42,532 nt of DNA from Candidatus Rokuibacteriota bacterium (GTDB lineage: Bacteria; Methylomirabilota; Methylomirabilia; Rokubacteriales; DASRDR01), in NCBI GenBank assembly GCA_044866005.1, contig JBIOTN010000129.1:1-42532 (forward strand), given 5' to 3'. How positions within the stretch are numbered: position 1 is the stretch's first letter; each line of letters opens with the position of its first letter. Under the pieces are notes generated by a model. That model worked only from the letters and a program-made list of their open reading frames with translations, was not told the DNA's origin and ran no database searches. The translations under genes and the position numbers were made by a program. Below, piece after piece: positions 1-8,742 of this stretch.

Positions 1-852
1 CGACAGCGGCAGGACCATCCCCTTGCCCAGGGTGTTGAGGACGATGTCCCGGTGACTGTCGTCGATCAGGAGCGCGCCCTCGGTCGCGACGAACTCGATC
101 GTCGCGGTCGAGAAGTGCGGGTAGCCGGGCGGGAGCGCCCAGCCGGCGCCGACCGTGAAGGCGGTCCCGTCGTCCATGGTCACGACGATCCACATGCAGT
201 CCGGCACGCCGTGGGCCTGCTCCATGATCCGGTACACGGCCTGGGCGTAGACGCGCGCCGGCCGGCGCCCTTCGAGGCACCACAGCAGAAAGTCGATGTC
301 GTGGGTCGCCTCCATCACGGCCGGCGTCAGGCGGATGCGCCCGCCGATCTTGTTGCCAATGCTCCGGGAGACGTTCCGGCTGACGAGGGCGGTGACCGGC
401 CGGCCGAGGGTCGCATCGGCCACGCATTTCTTCACGTAGGCGTACTTCGGGTTGAACCGCTGCGTGTAGCCGATCGTCAGCTTCAGGTCGCCCTCGCGGG
501 CGAGGGCCATCATCTCGTCGGCTTCCTTCAGCTCGAGGCCCATGGGCTTCTCGAGCAGGGTGTGCTTGCGGGCCAGCAGGCAGTCCCGGGCGATGGGGTA
601 GTGGGTGGTCTCCGGTGTCGTCGACACGAAGATGGCGTCGACGTCCTGCCGCGCGAGCAGCTCATGGTAGTCCTGCGTGGCGGTCCGTGCGCCGGTCGCC
701 TGCGCGACGCGCGCGAGCCGGGCGGGGTCGATCTCCGCCAGGTGGAGGCTCTCGACGAGCGGATGCGCCGCGCAGGCGCGGGCGCGGATCTCGCCGATCC
801 AGCCGGTGCCGATCACCCCCACCCCCAGGCGTCGTCCGGCCCGGCCGCTCAC
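1..852 (-). CDS. Gfo/Idh/MocA family NAD(P)-dependent oxidoreductase (3' end runs off the window)
   Basis: Manual minus-strand translation from GTG at 852 (GTGA overlap with the upstream stop): MSGRAGRRLGVGVIGTGWIG...HTLLEKPM...GYTQRF...ATHDID. Rossmann GxGxxG, EKP and H-x-x-D motifs present; not in the ORF track because there is no stop in the window. Confidence 0.9.
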   Translation of the reverse strand, partial: MSGRAGRRLGVGVIGTGWIGEIRARACAAHPLVESLHLAEIDPARLARVAQATGARTATQDYHELLARQDVDAIFVSTTPETTHYPIARDCLLARKHTLLEKPMGLELKEADEMMALAREGDLKLTIGYTQRFNPKYAYVKKCVADATLGRPVTALVSRNVSRSIGNKIGGRIRLTPAVMEATHDIDFLLWCLEGRRPARVYAQAVYRIMEQAHGVPDCMWIVVTMDDGTAFTVGAGWALPPGYPHFSTATIEFVATEGALLIDDSHRDIVLNTLGKGMVLPLS

Positions 853-1928
853 GTGTCCCGTCCCGTATAGCCGGCGAACGGCGGCTCGCCCGGCTTCTGC
901 CGGGACGGCATGGAGATGCGGAACTTGCACGTCGCGTCGCCGCGCGTCTTGATCGCCTCGAACTGCACGATCATGTCCGGGTGATACCGGCGGTAGTACG
1001 TGGGGTGCAGCTCGTAGTCGTAGATGTAGCCGAGATCGAGCCCGCGCTGCCCGAACTCGCTCCAGGCGACGGCGTAGGGACACCACGTGCAGTCCTGGTG
1101 CCAGGTGCCCTTGGTCAGCCGGCCTGGCGCGAACTGCCAGATCGAGATGAGCTGGCCGTCCCAGTGGTCCATCAGCGTCTTGACGTTCAGGTCCCAGCCG
1201 GCCGCCAGGTGGGCGGCCTTCTGGCGGTCGGCCCGCTCGTGGGCGAGGTCCCGGACCTGCTGGCGCAGCTCGGCCTCGCCCAGCATGTCGAAGCGCTTGG
1301 TCTGCTCGTCGGCGCAGAAGTAGTAGAGCGCGCCGTTGTTCATGGCGGTGCGACGCGCCAGCTCGACCCCCTCCGGGACCCCCTCGGGGACGCGCGAGCG
1401 CACCGGGCCCGGCGCCCCGTCGGGCGCCGAGGCCACGCGCCACGTCACCGACCAGGGCTGATGCAGGTCGAGCCGGGCGGGGTCGAAGGCGACGGTCGCG
1501 CCGAGGCCCTCGGCGAGGCCGGGAAGCACGCCGCGATAGTACAGGCGGGCGATCTCGACGCCCGCCTCGTACTCGCGCCAGCGCTCCCACTCCGCCGGAT
1601 CGCGCAGCGTGACCGTCACGGCTCGATCCGATCCCTCGATCGACCCGGCCCCCGTCTCGGCCAGCAGGGGGTAGTCCGCCATGTCCCAGTGCTCGATCAC
1701 CGTGCGCGCGGTGAGCGGGGCCTTCGCCGTCTCCAGCCCTTTCCGGATCAGCTCCGCACGGTAGCGGCCGTAGCGGTGGAGGGCACGGAGGAGGGTCCGC
1801 TCGCCCTCCTCGCCGAAGCGCCGCGCGGGCGAGTAGGCGAAGTGGCGGGCGAACATCGCCTGGAAGCGCATCAGGTCCTGGCAGCTCTGGACGATGCCCG
1901 CGCGGTCGACCGTCTCGTCGAAGCCCAT
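849..1928 (-). CDS. L-2-amino-thiazoline-4-carboxylate (ATC) hydrolase-like protein, apparently two tandem domains
   Basis: 359 aa; repeated RFGEEGERTLLRAL / RFDMLGEAELRQQV helices; C-terminal CTWCPYAVAW...KTRGDATCKF pattern typical of this family; GGAG RBS before the ATG. Confidence 0.6.
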   Translation of the reverse strand: MGFDETVDRAGIVQSCQDLMRFQAMFARHFAYSPARRFGEEGERTLLRALHRYGRYRAELIRKGLETAKAPLTARTVIEHWDMADYPLLAETGAGSIEGSDRAVTVTLRDPAEWERWREYEAGVEIARLYYRGVLPGLAEGLGATVAFDPARLDLHQPWSVTWRVASAPDGAPGPVRSRVPEGVPEGVELARRTAMNNGALYYFCADEQTKRFDMLGEAELRQQVRDLAHERADRQKAAHLAAGWDLNVKTLMDHWDGQLISIWQFAPGRLTKGTWHQDCTWCPYAVAWSEFGQRGLDLGYIYDYELHPTYYRRYHPDMIVQFEAIKTRGDATCKFRISMPSRQKPGEPPFAGYTGRDT

Positions 1929-1991
1929 GGTGGCTCCCTCGCCGGGTCCGGCGCGACCGGCCCGTCAGCGCAGCGTGTGGGCGCGGACGCG

Positions 1992-2414
1992 CTACTCGGG
2001 GGTCTGGAGCTGAATGTAGTTCCCTTCGGGGTCGAAGAAGTAGATCGCCCGTCCCGTCTGGCGCACGACGGGCTCGTCGATCAGCACCTTCACGCCGGCC
2101 CGCCGGAGCTCCTCCGCCGCCCGCTCGAAGTCGTCCCTGGAGACCTGCAAGGCGATGTGGGCGGTGCCGTCGTCGAAGTCACCGCGCTCGATGGGCGTCG
2201 GCCGCTCGAAGAGCACCAGGCACATCCCATCCTCCATGTAGAGCCGCGAGATGGCCGGGAACTCGCCGTAGACCGCCTTGTACGGGCCGCCGCTCCCCGT
2301 GTCGACGCCGACCTTCTGGCAGGTCATGCCGAGGACCTCGGTGTAGAATTTCGTGGCGCGGGCGAGGTCGTTCACCGGCAGGCCCAGGTGATAGAGCCTC
2401 TTGACCTTGATCAT
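1992..2414 (-). CDS. VOC/glyoxalase family protein
   Basis: MIKVKRLYHLGLPVNDLARATKFYTEVLGM...HIALQV...IYFFDPEGNYIQL; start taken at ATG 2414. Confidence 0.9.
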   Translation of the reverse strand: MIKVKRLYHLGLPVNDLARATKFYTEVLGMTCQKVGVDTGSGGPYKAVYGEFPAISRLYMEDGMCLVLFERPTPIERGDFDDGTAHIALQVSRDDFERAAEELRRAGVKVLIDEPVVRQTGRAIYFFDPEGNYIQLQTPE

Positions 2415-2529
2415 CGTGGCGACCCCTCTCGGACTCGACGGTGGTGTCGGACGCGGGCCCCCTGACCAGGACAGTAGCGCAGACGGGAACCCCAAGACAA
2501 GCGCGTCACCCTGACCGCCGGAGGCGGCG

Positions 2530-3471
2530 ATGGCGATCCTCGTGACCGGGGCCGGACTCATCGGCTGCCACGCGGCGAAGCGGCTCGCGGACGCCGGGCA
2601 CCAGGTGCTGCTCGTCGATCGCGCCCCGCACGCCGATTACATCCGGGCCGTCGCCGGCCGCGAGCGGATCGAGACGGTCGCCGCGGACCTGCGGGACCTC
2701 CCCGCCCTCCTCGGGGCGGCGAAGACGTTCGCCGTGACCACGATCATCCACACGGCGGGGCTGATCGGCCGACGCGTCAGCGACGACCCCGCCACGGGGA
2801 TCGCGAACAATCTCCTCGGCACGCTTCACGTCCTGGAGACGGCCCGATCGCTCGCCCTGCCGCGCGTGGTCTACGTCAGCACGTTCGGCGTCTACGACCG
2901 CCCGGCCACGCCGGCCGGCCCGATCACGGAAGAGGCGCCCACCGGCGGGCACAACCTCTACACGATCACCAAGAGCTGCTCGGAGCATCTCACGGCGGCG
3001 TACCACGCCCTCTATGGCCTCCACACGGTCGTCCTGCGCCCGGCGGCCGTGTTCGGGCGCGGCCATTACGCCGGCGGCTCGACCGTCGGGCTGATCATGC
3101 GGGACCTGGCCCGGGCCATCCTGGGCGGCGGACCCGTCACGCTGGACCCGGCCGTGTACGTGCCCAACGAATACGTGTACGCCAAGGACGTGGCCCTCGC
3201 CATCGAGCTCGCGGCGCAGGTCGAGGGCGCGAGCCATCGCGTCTTCAACGTCGGGAGCGGGGTCGTCACCACGGCGGGCGAGCTGGCACGAGTGGTGCGC
3301 GCGCTGGCGCCGGGGATCGAGGTGAGGGTCGGGGAGGGCGCGAGCCGAGAGGCGGCGCCCCGGGCCGCCCTGGACGGGAGCCGCGCGCGCGCGGAGCTGG
3401 GATACGCCCCTCGGTTCTCCCTCCAGGCGGCGCTCCGCGACTACCTGGAGGAGCTGCGGGACGAGCGATGA
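2530..3471 (+). CDS. NAD-dependent epimerase/dehydratase (extended SDR)
   Basis: ILVTGAGLIG nucleotide-binding motif, YVST and YTITK (YxxxK) catalytic motifs; GGAGG RBS. Confidence 0.9.
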   Translation: MAILVTGAGLIGCHAAKRLADAGHQVLLVDRAPHADYIRAVAGRERIETVAADLRDLPALLGAAKTFAVTTIIHTAGLIGRRVSDDPATGIANNLLGTLHVLETARSLALPRVVYVSTFGVYDRPATPAGPITEEAPTGGHNLYTITKSCSEHLTAAYHALYGLHTVVLRPAAVFGRGHYAGGSTVGLIMRDLARAILGGGPVTLDPAVYVPNEYVYAKDVALAIELAAQVEGASHRVFNVGSGVVTTAGELARVVRALAPGIEVRVGEGASREAAPRAALDGSRARAELGYAPRFSLQAALRDYLEELRDER

Positions 3472-3487
3472 CGCCTCGGCCCGGCCC

Positions 3488-4009
3488 TCACCCGCGCCCG
3501 AAGGCGTCGCGCGACGCGACGCGCGGGTCGACCCGGACGCTCGCGCCGTAGGTCCGGCTCAAGGCTCGCAGGAAGCCGTGCCGCGTGCACGTCACCACGT
3601 TGATGGTGCACCCCGTCAACTGCTGTAGCTCCACGATGACCGCCGTGTCGGTCGGGTCGTCCATCGCCACGGTGAGGCTCTGGCCGAGCCGGCCCATCGG
3701 AAGCACGCGGTGCTTCTCCGCGTACTCCCGGGGGATCACCTGCGCGAGGTCGGGCCCGCCGGCGGGCGTGAACGCCTCCAGATCCAGGAACGGGACGTTG
3801 AGCTGGGTCGCGATGGCCTGCTTGATCTCCCGCTCGGTGGTGAGGCGGAGCTGGAGCAGCGCGTCCCCGAGGCGAAGGTTGGACTTCTGCTGGAAGGCGA
3901 GCGCGGCCTGAAGCTGGTTCTCGGTGATGGCCTTGGCGGCCACGAGGATCGCCCCGAGCCGAGGCCGTTTTCCGGTCGTACCGCCGCGAGCCCCCCTCGT
4001 CGTGTCCAC
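3488..4009 (-). CDS. Stand-alone GspE/PilB N-terminal (MshEN-type) domain protein with no ATPase domain
   Basis: RLGAILVAAKAITENQLQAALAFQ-x5-RLGDALLQLRLTTEREIKQAIATQ tandem motif, then VPFLDL...IPREYAEKHRVLP...VAMDDP. Start uncertain (GTG 4009 or TTG 4072). Confidence 0.8.
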   Translation of the reverse strand: MDTTRGARGGTTGKRPRLGAILVAAKAITENQLQAALAFQQKSNLRLGDALLQLRLTTEREIKQAIATQLNVPFLDLEAFTPAGGPDLAQVIPREYAEKHRVLPMGRLGQSLTVAMDDPTDTAVIVELQQLTGCTINVVTCTRHGFLRALSRTYGASVRVDPRVASRDAFGRG

Positions 4010-4171
4010 GTCGCGGTGGCCACGTGCAGGAGACGTGCCGGCCGGGTCAGGCCTGCAAGGCGCCGAATCCAAGGAGAATTCCGGCTCGTCGCGCCGGGGG
4101 CGGCCGACCGCAGCCGGCCGTTTTCGGCCCGCCGGGTGGTCAGATCTGTCGCACCACCCGCCCGCGCGCGG

Positions 4172-4951
4172 TTACGCCAGCCGGACGTTCTGCGTGAAGT
4201 CGTACGAGGCGGCGATGTCGGCGTGGAACGTCCAGCGCACGCGGTCGGGGCCACACTCCCCCGCGAACGCGCGCCCGAGGAATTCCACGACCAGGCGCCA
4301 CGCCTCGGCCGCCGCCCCGGCTCGATAGCGGCCGGGCATGGTGGAGTTCAGCCAGCCGTGGGGCATGTCGCGGAAGACGGTGAACTCGTAGCTCTTCCGT
4401 TTCGCCTCCAGCAACCCGCGCAGGCGCTGGACGTCCTCGATGGCGATGACGTGGTCCTTCTCGCCCCACAGCCCGAGGACCGGCGCCGTGATCCGGTCGA
4501 TGACGTCCTCGCGCGTCGCCGTCCCGCCGTAGACGACCACGTTGGCCCGGACCTCGCGGCGCACGCTGTTGAGCAGGAGCGGATAGCCGCCGCTCTGGCA
4601 GACGCCCATGGCGGCGAGGCGCGCGCGATCCACCCGGGGATGCGCCAGCAGGAAGTCGAGGCTCTTGCCGAGCGATGCGACGATCTCGTCGTCGGGGAGC
4701 GTCACCCGGGCCTCGCCGCGCCGGAGCGCCGCCCGGTCCCCCGTCCAGTGCGAGAACAGGTCGGGCGCCAGTCCCAGGTACCCGTGGGCGGCGAATCGGG
4801 CCGCGAGGTCCATGGTGTGCTGGACGAGCCCGTACCGCTCGTGGCAGACGATCACGGCCCCGAGCGGCTCCGCACCGCGCCCCGGCACGGCCAGAAACGC
4901 CGCCATGCCGTCATGGCTGATCATCGACGTCTCCACGGCCGGGACGCTCAC
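4172..4951 (-). CDS. Dienelactone hydrolase family protein
   Basis: HERYGL, APDLF, GVCQSGG nucleophile elbow, GEKDH and HGW motifs; start taken at GTG 4951. Confidence 0.9.
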   Translation of the reverse strand: MSVPAVETSMISHDGMAAFLAVPGRGAEPLGAVIVCHERYGLVQHTMDLAARFAAHGYLGLAPDLFSHWTGDRAALRRGEARVTLPDDEIVASLGKSLDFLLAHPRVDRARLAAMGVCQSGGYPLLLNSVRREVRANVVVYGGTATREDVIDRITAPVLGLWGEKDHVIAIEDVQRLRGLLEAKRKSYEFTVFRDMPHGWLNSTMPGRYRAGAAAEAWRLVVEFLGRAFAGECGPDRVRWTFHADIAASYDFTQNVRLA

Positions 4952-4968
4952 GCCGGGGCCCCCCGCCC

Positions 4969-5601
4969 TCAGGCGCGGAGGATCGTGGCCACGGCCTGCG
5001 CCACGGTCATCACGCGGGCGAATCGCGGAAAGACGTGCGCCATGAAGAACTCGGTGACCCCTTCCTTCGGAGTGAAGCAGGCATCCCGCAGGATCACGAG
5101 ATTGAAGTCCCGGTCGCGGGCGGCATACGCGGTGCTCGCGATCCCGACCTCCGTCGACCCGCCGCCGAGCATGATCGTGTCGATCCCGGCCGTGCGGAGG
5201 CTCAGCTCCAGGTGCGTCTGGTAGAAGGCGCTCCAGCGATGCTTCCGGATCACGTAGTCGGCCGGCCGGGGCGCCAGCTCGGGGATCACCTCGGCGCCCC
5301 GGGAGCCGGCCGTCACCGCCGGCGCCGTCGTCATGTACGGCCCCTCGCCCGGCGGGCCGTATCGGGAATCGTCCACGACCTGGGGCGCGAAGTCCCGGTA
5401 GTCGGGACGGTGGTCGGCCTGCGCGTAGAAGACGGCGATGCCCGCCTCGCGGCACGCCGCGTTCGCCGCCGCCAGGGCCCCGAGCACGCCGGAGCGCGCC
5501 ACCGCGGCTCTGACCCCGGGATCGTCCGGATGATAGTAGACGTTCAGCGTGTCGAAGAAGAGCATCGCCGTTTTCCCCGGCAGGATCGGATAGCGGACCA
5601 C
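4969..5601 (-). CDS. Isochorismatase/cysteine hydrolase family protein
   Basis: TAMLFFD, KHRWSAFYQTHLELSLR, GGSTEVGIASTAYAARDRDF and DAC motifs; GGAGGAGG RBS 6 nt before the GTG. Confidence 0.9.
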   Translation of the reverse strand: MVRYPILPGKTAMLFFDTLNVYYHPDDPGVRAAVARSGVLGALAAANAACREAGIAVFYAQADHRPDYRDFAPQVVDDSRYGPPGEGPYMTTAPAVTAGSRGAEVIPELAPRPADYVIRKHRWSAFYQTHLELSLRTAGIDTIMLGGGSTEVGIASTAYAARDRDFNLVILRDACFTPKEGVTEFFMAHVFPRFARVMTVAQAVATILRA

Positions 5602-5620
5602 GACATGCCTCCTCCGGCGG

Positions 5621-6604
5621 TTACTGCCGGTAGAGCGCGGCGATGAACCCGCTCGCCACGAGCTCCTTCACGAAGCTCTGATCGACGAAGGTGGCCGGGT
5701 CGGCCCGGGCCGCCTCGGGCCGCTTCCGGGCCTCCTCGGCGAGGGCCGTGGCCACGCCCTCGGGGGTCGGCAGCGGCACGACCGGGTAGACGTCCCTGTA
5801 CCCCTCCCACGCGCGGCTCAGGGCCTCGCGGTCCTCCACCTTGAGGTACTTGCCGAGGACCCGGATGCTTTCGTCACGATCCTGCTTGAGCAGGGCGATC
5901 GCCTCCGTCATGGCCCGCACGAAGCGGCGGATGGCCTCGCGCTTCACCCGGATGACCGACTCCCGGGTGATGGTGGCATTCCAGTGGAAGGGAATCCCGA
6001 GCCGGGCGATCGCGAGGAGGGACTTGAAGCCCAGCTTCTCCGCCTCCCGGATCCAGGGCTCGGCCAGGATGGTGAACTGGACCTGTCCGCCCTTCATCCC
6101 GGCCAGCCGGGCGGTGTCGTCGCCGAGGGCGACGAGGGTGAGGTCCTTCCCCGGTTCCAGGCCCAGGCGGCGAAGAGCCAGCCGGAGGCCCAGGTCCGAC
6201 GTCGTCCCGAGCCGGTTGACCGCGCCCACGCGCCCCCGCAGCTCCCCGACCTCCCGGATCTCGGGGACGGTCACGATGTGGTCGACGAACGTGGGGACGG
6301 AGACGAAGATGGCCACCGCGTCGGCCCCGGACAGGCGAGCGGAGACGAGCGTCACCACCGAGGAGACGTTCACGTCGAGATCGCCCGACAGGAGGGCCTG
6401 GGCCGCGACCGTGCTCGCGCCGATTCCCGAGAGCGCCACCTCCACGCCGTGCTTCTTGAAGAGGCCCTTCTCCACCGCCATCCAGACCGGGGCATTGGTC
6501 GGCGTGGAGCCGCTCCAGGAGACCCGGAGCCGCTCCTGAGCCGGAGCCGGCGCGGCGGCCAGGACGCCGAGCGCGAGGAGGAGCGACCACGCGGTGCGTG
6601 TCAC
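5621..6604 (-). CDS. ABC transporter substrate-binding protein, NMT1/SsuA-like
   Basis: Signal peptide, WMAVEKGLFKKHGVEV, ELRGRVGAVNRLGTTSD. Confidence 0.85.
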   Translation of the reverse strand: MTRTAWSLLLALGVLAAAPAPAQERLRVSWSGSTPTNAPVWMAVEKGLFKKHGVEVALSGIGASTVAAQALLSGDLDVNVSSVVTLVSARLSGADAVAIFVSVPTFVDHIVTVPEIREVGELRGRVGAVNRLGTTSDLGLRLALRRLGLEPGKDLTLVALGDDTARLAGMKGGQVQFTILAEPWIREAEKLGFKSLLAIARLGIPFHWNATITRESVIRVKREAIRRFVRAMTEAIALLKQDRDESIRVLGKYLKVEDREALSRAWEGYRDVYPVVPLPTPEGVATALAEEARKRPEAARADPATFVDQSFVKELVASGFIAALYRQ

Positions 6605-6825
6605 GGCCGCCTCCCGCCTCGAGCGGGCGCCGCCGCGCCGTCGACCGGGTCGAGCCAGACGTCGATCAGCGCCACGCGGCTCGACGCGATGGCGTCGAGC
6701 CCCCGCTCGAGCGCCGGGCCCACCGCGCGCGGGTCGTCGACCCGCTCGCCGTATCCCGCGAAGGCCCGCACGATGGCCGCATAGTCCGGGGTCGGGCGGA
6801 TCGCCGTCCCCACGAAGGTCGATAC
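6601..6825 (-). pseudogene. C-terminal fragment of a thiamine pyrophosphate-dependent (acetolactate synthase-like) enzyme
   Basis: FVGTAIRPTPDYAAIVRAFAGYGERVDDPRAVGPALERGLDAIASSRVALIDVWLD resembles the end of a TPP_enzyme_C domain; no start codon; stop overlaps the next GTG. Confidence 0.75.
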
Positions 6826-6962
6826 CGCGCCCCCTGGGACTCCAGGCGCTCCGTGGCCCCCCGCCGGGCGTCGAAGACGACCAGCGCGAGCCCCGCCTTC
6901 ATGAGATTGGCGGCCAGGGGGGCCCCCATGCCGCCGGTGCCGATGAACCCGAGCGTCTTCAT
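6826..6962 (-). pseudogene. N-terminal fragment of a beta-hydroxyacid (3-hydroxyisobutyrate/6PGD-like) dehydrogenase
   Basis: MKTLGFIGTGGMGAPLAANLMKAGLALVVFDARRGATERLESQGA; similarity ends after about 45 codons. Confidence 0.8.
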
Positions 6963-6992
6963 CGCGCGGTCCCCCCTGCCCCGGCCGCCCCC

Positions 6993-7985
6993 TCACACAT
7001 GCCCATGCTCCCGGTAGTAACGCGCCGCGCCGGGATGGAGCGGGATCTGAAGCGGCCCCTCCTCGGTGCTCCGACAGAAGGCCGACATCGGCGGAACCCG
7101 GGCCGAGTCGTACGGGATCTCCTCGCGGATTCGCGCCAGCGCGGCCACGAACTCGTAGGCGAGCTCCTCGGGCAGGCCCGCGTGCGTGATGATGGGCCAG
7201 CCGCTGTAATCGATGACCTCGGTCGCGTCGTCGAAGCTCCCGTGGAGCCGGCCGCCGCCGAGCGGGGCCCGCCGGAAGCCGTACCGCTCGAGCTGGACCA
7301 GCGCCCGTTTCGAAAAGGGCAGGAACACCATCCCGTGCTTCAGCGCCAGCTCGCCCCAGGCATCCAGGCCTTCGTCGATCACCGCGGTGATCGCGCCCGA
7401 CACGATGCCGTCGCGGCGGCGGGGATTGCTGGGCCGCGCCACCCGGTCGACGGTGCCGCCCCAGCGGACGAAGGCGTCGAGCGTGAGCCCGTGCGCCCGG
7501 AGGAGCGCGCGGATGGCGAAGCTCACGCAGTCGTTGTCGGCGACGGAGACGCGGAGCCGGGGCCGCTTCGCGCGGAGCTCGTCCATGGACGCGATGCCGG
7601 CCTCGCCGGCGACGGCGACCACGAGGCGATCCCAGGAGGGGAAGACCGCGAGCGCCCGCAGCGGATAGGCCCGCCGGAACGGCCCCTTCCCGCGATAGGC
7701 CATCGTGGCGATGACCGAGGGATTGAGCCAGCCGATGTCGAGCCTCCCCGATCCCACCAGGCGCGCGCCGTGCAGCCCGCCGCACCAGGCCGGGCTGACC
7801 GCGAAGTCGAAGGTGTACGGGGGCCCGGGCCGCGGCGACCGGCCGGGCAGCTCCACGCTGAGCCGCACGGAGCTCGTCATGAGGGTGGGGACGCTCTCGT
7901 AGAGGCCGGCCAGCAGCCGGGTCGCGACGCGGGCCCGCATCAAGCTGGCGCTCATCGGCTTGATGCTGCGGTCATCGTAGGCCAT
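6993..7985 (-). CDS. TAXI-family TRAP solute-binding-like protein
   Basis: LDIGWLNPS, AYRGKGPF, LRALAVFP, GIASMDEL, LPEELAYEF and IPLHPGAARYYRE motifs; no obvious signal peptide. Confidence 0.75.
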   Translation of the reverse strand: MAYDDRSIKPMSASLMRARVATRLLAGLYESVPTLMTSSVRLSVELPGRSPRPGPPYTFDFAVSPAWCGGLHGARLVGSGRLDIGWLNPSVIATMAYRGKGPFRRAYPLRALAVFPSWDRLVVAVAGEAGIASMDELRAKRPRLRVSVADNDCVSFAIRALLRAHGLTLDAFVRWGGTVDRVARPSNPRRRDGIVSGAITAVIDEGLDAWGELALKHGMVFLPFSKRALVQLERYGFRRAPLGGGRLHGSFDDATEVIDYSGWPIITHAGLPEELAYEFVAALARIREEIPYDSARVPPMSAFCRSTEEGPLQIPLHPGAARYYREHGHV

Positions 7986-8115
7986 GGGGATCTGGCTCCT
8001 CGGGGAGAGCTCGACCGGGACCGCGGTCTTCAGGATAGATCACCGGGGCGCGCCGCGCCAGCGCCGCGAGGCGCCGGCCGGCGCGGGGATCGCGCGGCAC
8101 GAGCGGGGCGAGGGT

Positions 8116-8144
8116 TTGACTCGCTCGGCGCGCGCGGATAGTAT
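8116..8144 (+). promoter_or_regulatory. Sigma70-type promoter of the peroxiredoxin gene, probably leaderless
   Basis: TTGACT-N17-TAGTAT, with the ATG 7 nt after the -10 box and no Shine-Dalgarno sequence. Confidence 0.7.
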
Positions 8145-8151
8145 CGCGCCC

Positions 8152-8742
8152 ATGGCGATCTCGTACGGGCAGCCGGCCCCGGAGTTCTCGCTGCCCTCGA
8201 GCCTCGGACGTCCGGTGACGCTCGCCGAGTTCCGTGGGCAGGCCGACGTGGTCCTGCTCTTCTTCTGTTACGCGTGGGGGCGGATCTGAGCCCCGGAGCT
8301 CGCCGGCCTGGGTCAGGCCGCCGAGGCGCTGCGGGAGTCCGGGGCCGTGCTCCTCGCGGTCAGCGGCGACAGCCCGCCCTGCCAGGCCGAGTTCGCCCGG
8401 GTGCGGGCGCTGCCCTTCCCGCTGCTCAGCGACGTCCACCGGACCGTGATCCGCGCCTACGACGTGCTCGACGTGGAGCGGAACGTCGCCTACCGATCCG
8501 CCTTCCTGGTGGACCGGGACGGCGTGCTCCGGTGGGGTCAGGCCGGTGACCGCCACATGACCCGGGACGGCGCGGAGATCCTCCGGATCGTGAACCTCGT
8601 CCAGACGCTCCGCCAGCCCGAATCGGTCACGTCGCCCCTCCCAGCGGCGGCTTCGCCGCCGGCCCAGCCACCCGGCCCGAAGAGGGACGGCATCGGGGGG
8701 GTCTTCCGAGACCTCCCCGAAGAGAAGCGGAGGTCCCCATGA
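8152..8742 (+). CDS. Putative selenocysteine-containing peroxiredoxin (AhpC/TSA, AhpE/BCP-like), Sec at codon 46
   Basis: ORFs 7984-8289 and 8347-8742 share a frame. The joined product MAISYGQPAPEFSLPSSLGRPVTLAEFRGQADVVLLFFCYAWGRI-U-APELAGL...AVSGDSPPCQAEF...LPFPLLSD...AYDV...AYRSAFLVDRDGVLRW is a continuous Prx fold, with TGA 8287-8289 at the peroxidatic Cys position. Confidence 0.85.
8299..8325 (+). promoter_or_regulatory. Putative bacterial SECIS element (peroxiredoxin)
   Basis: CTCG-C-CGGCCTG-[GGT]-CAGGCCG-C-CGAG hairpin; first loop G lies 22 nt after the UGA. Confidence 0.7.
8645..8720 (+). repeat. REP-like composite palindrome, copy 1 (inside the 3' end of the peroxiredoxin ORF)
   Basis: CGGCGGCTTCGCCGCCG hairpin followed by GGCATC-G7-TCTTCCGAGACCTCCCCG. 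Confidence 0.65.

Noticed and set aside
5130..5170. The isochorismatase-family protein lacks the usual catalytic Cys (GGSTEVGI)
   Set aside because: Cys-less variants of this motif are common in the family, and there is no in-frame TGA.
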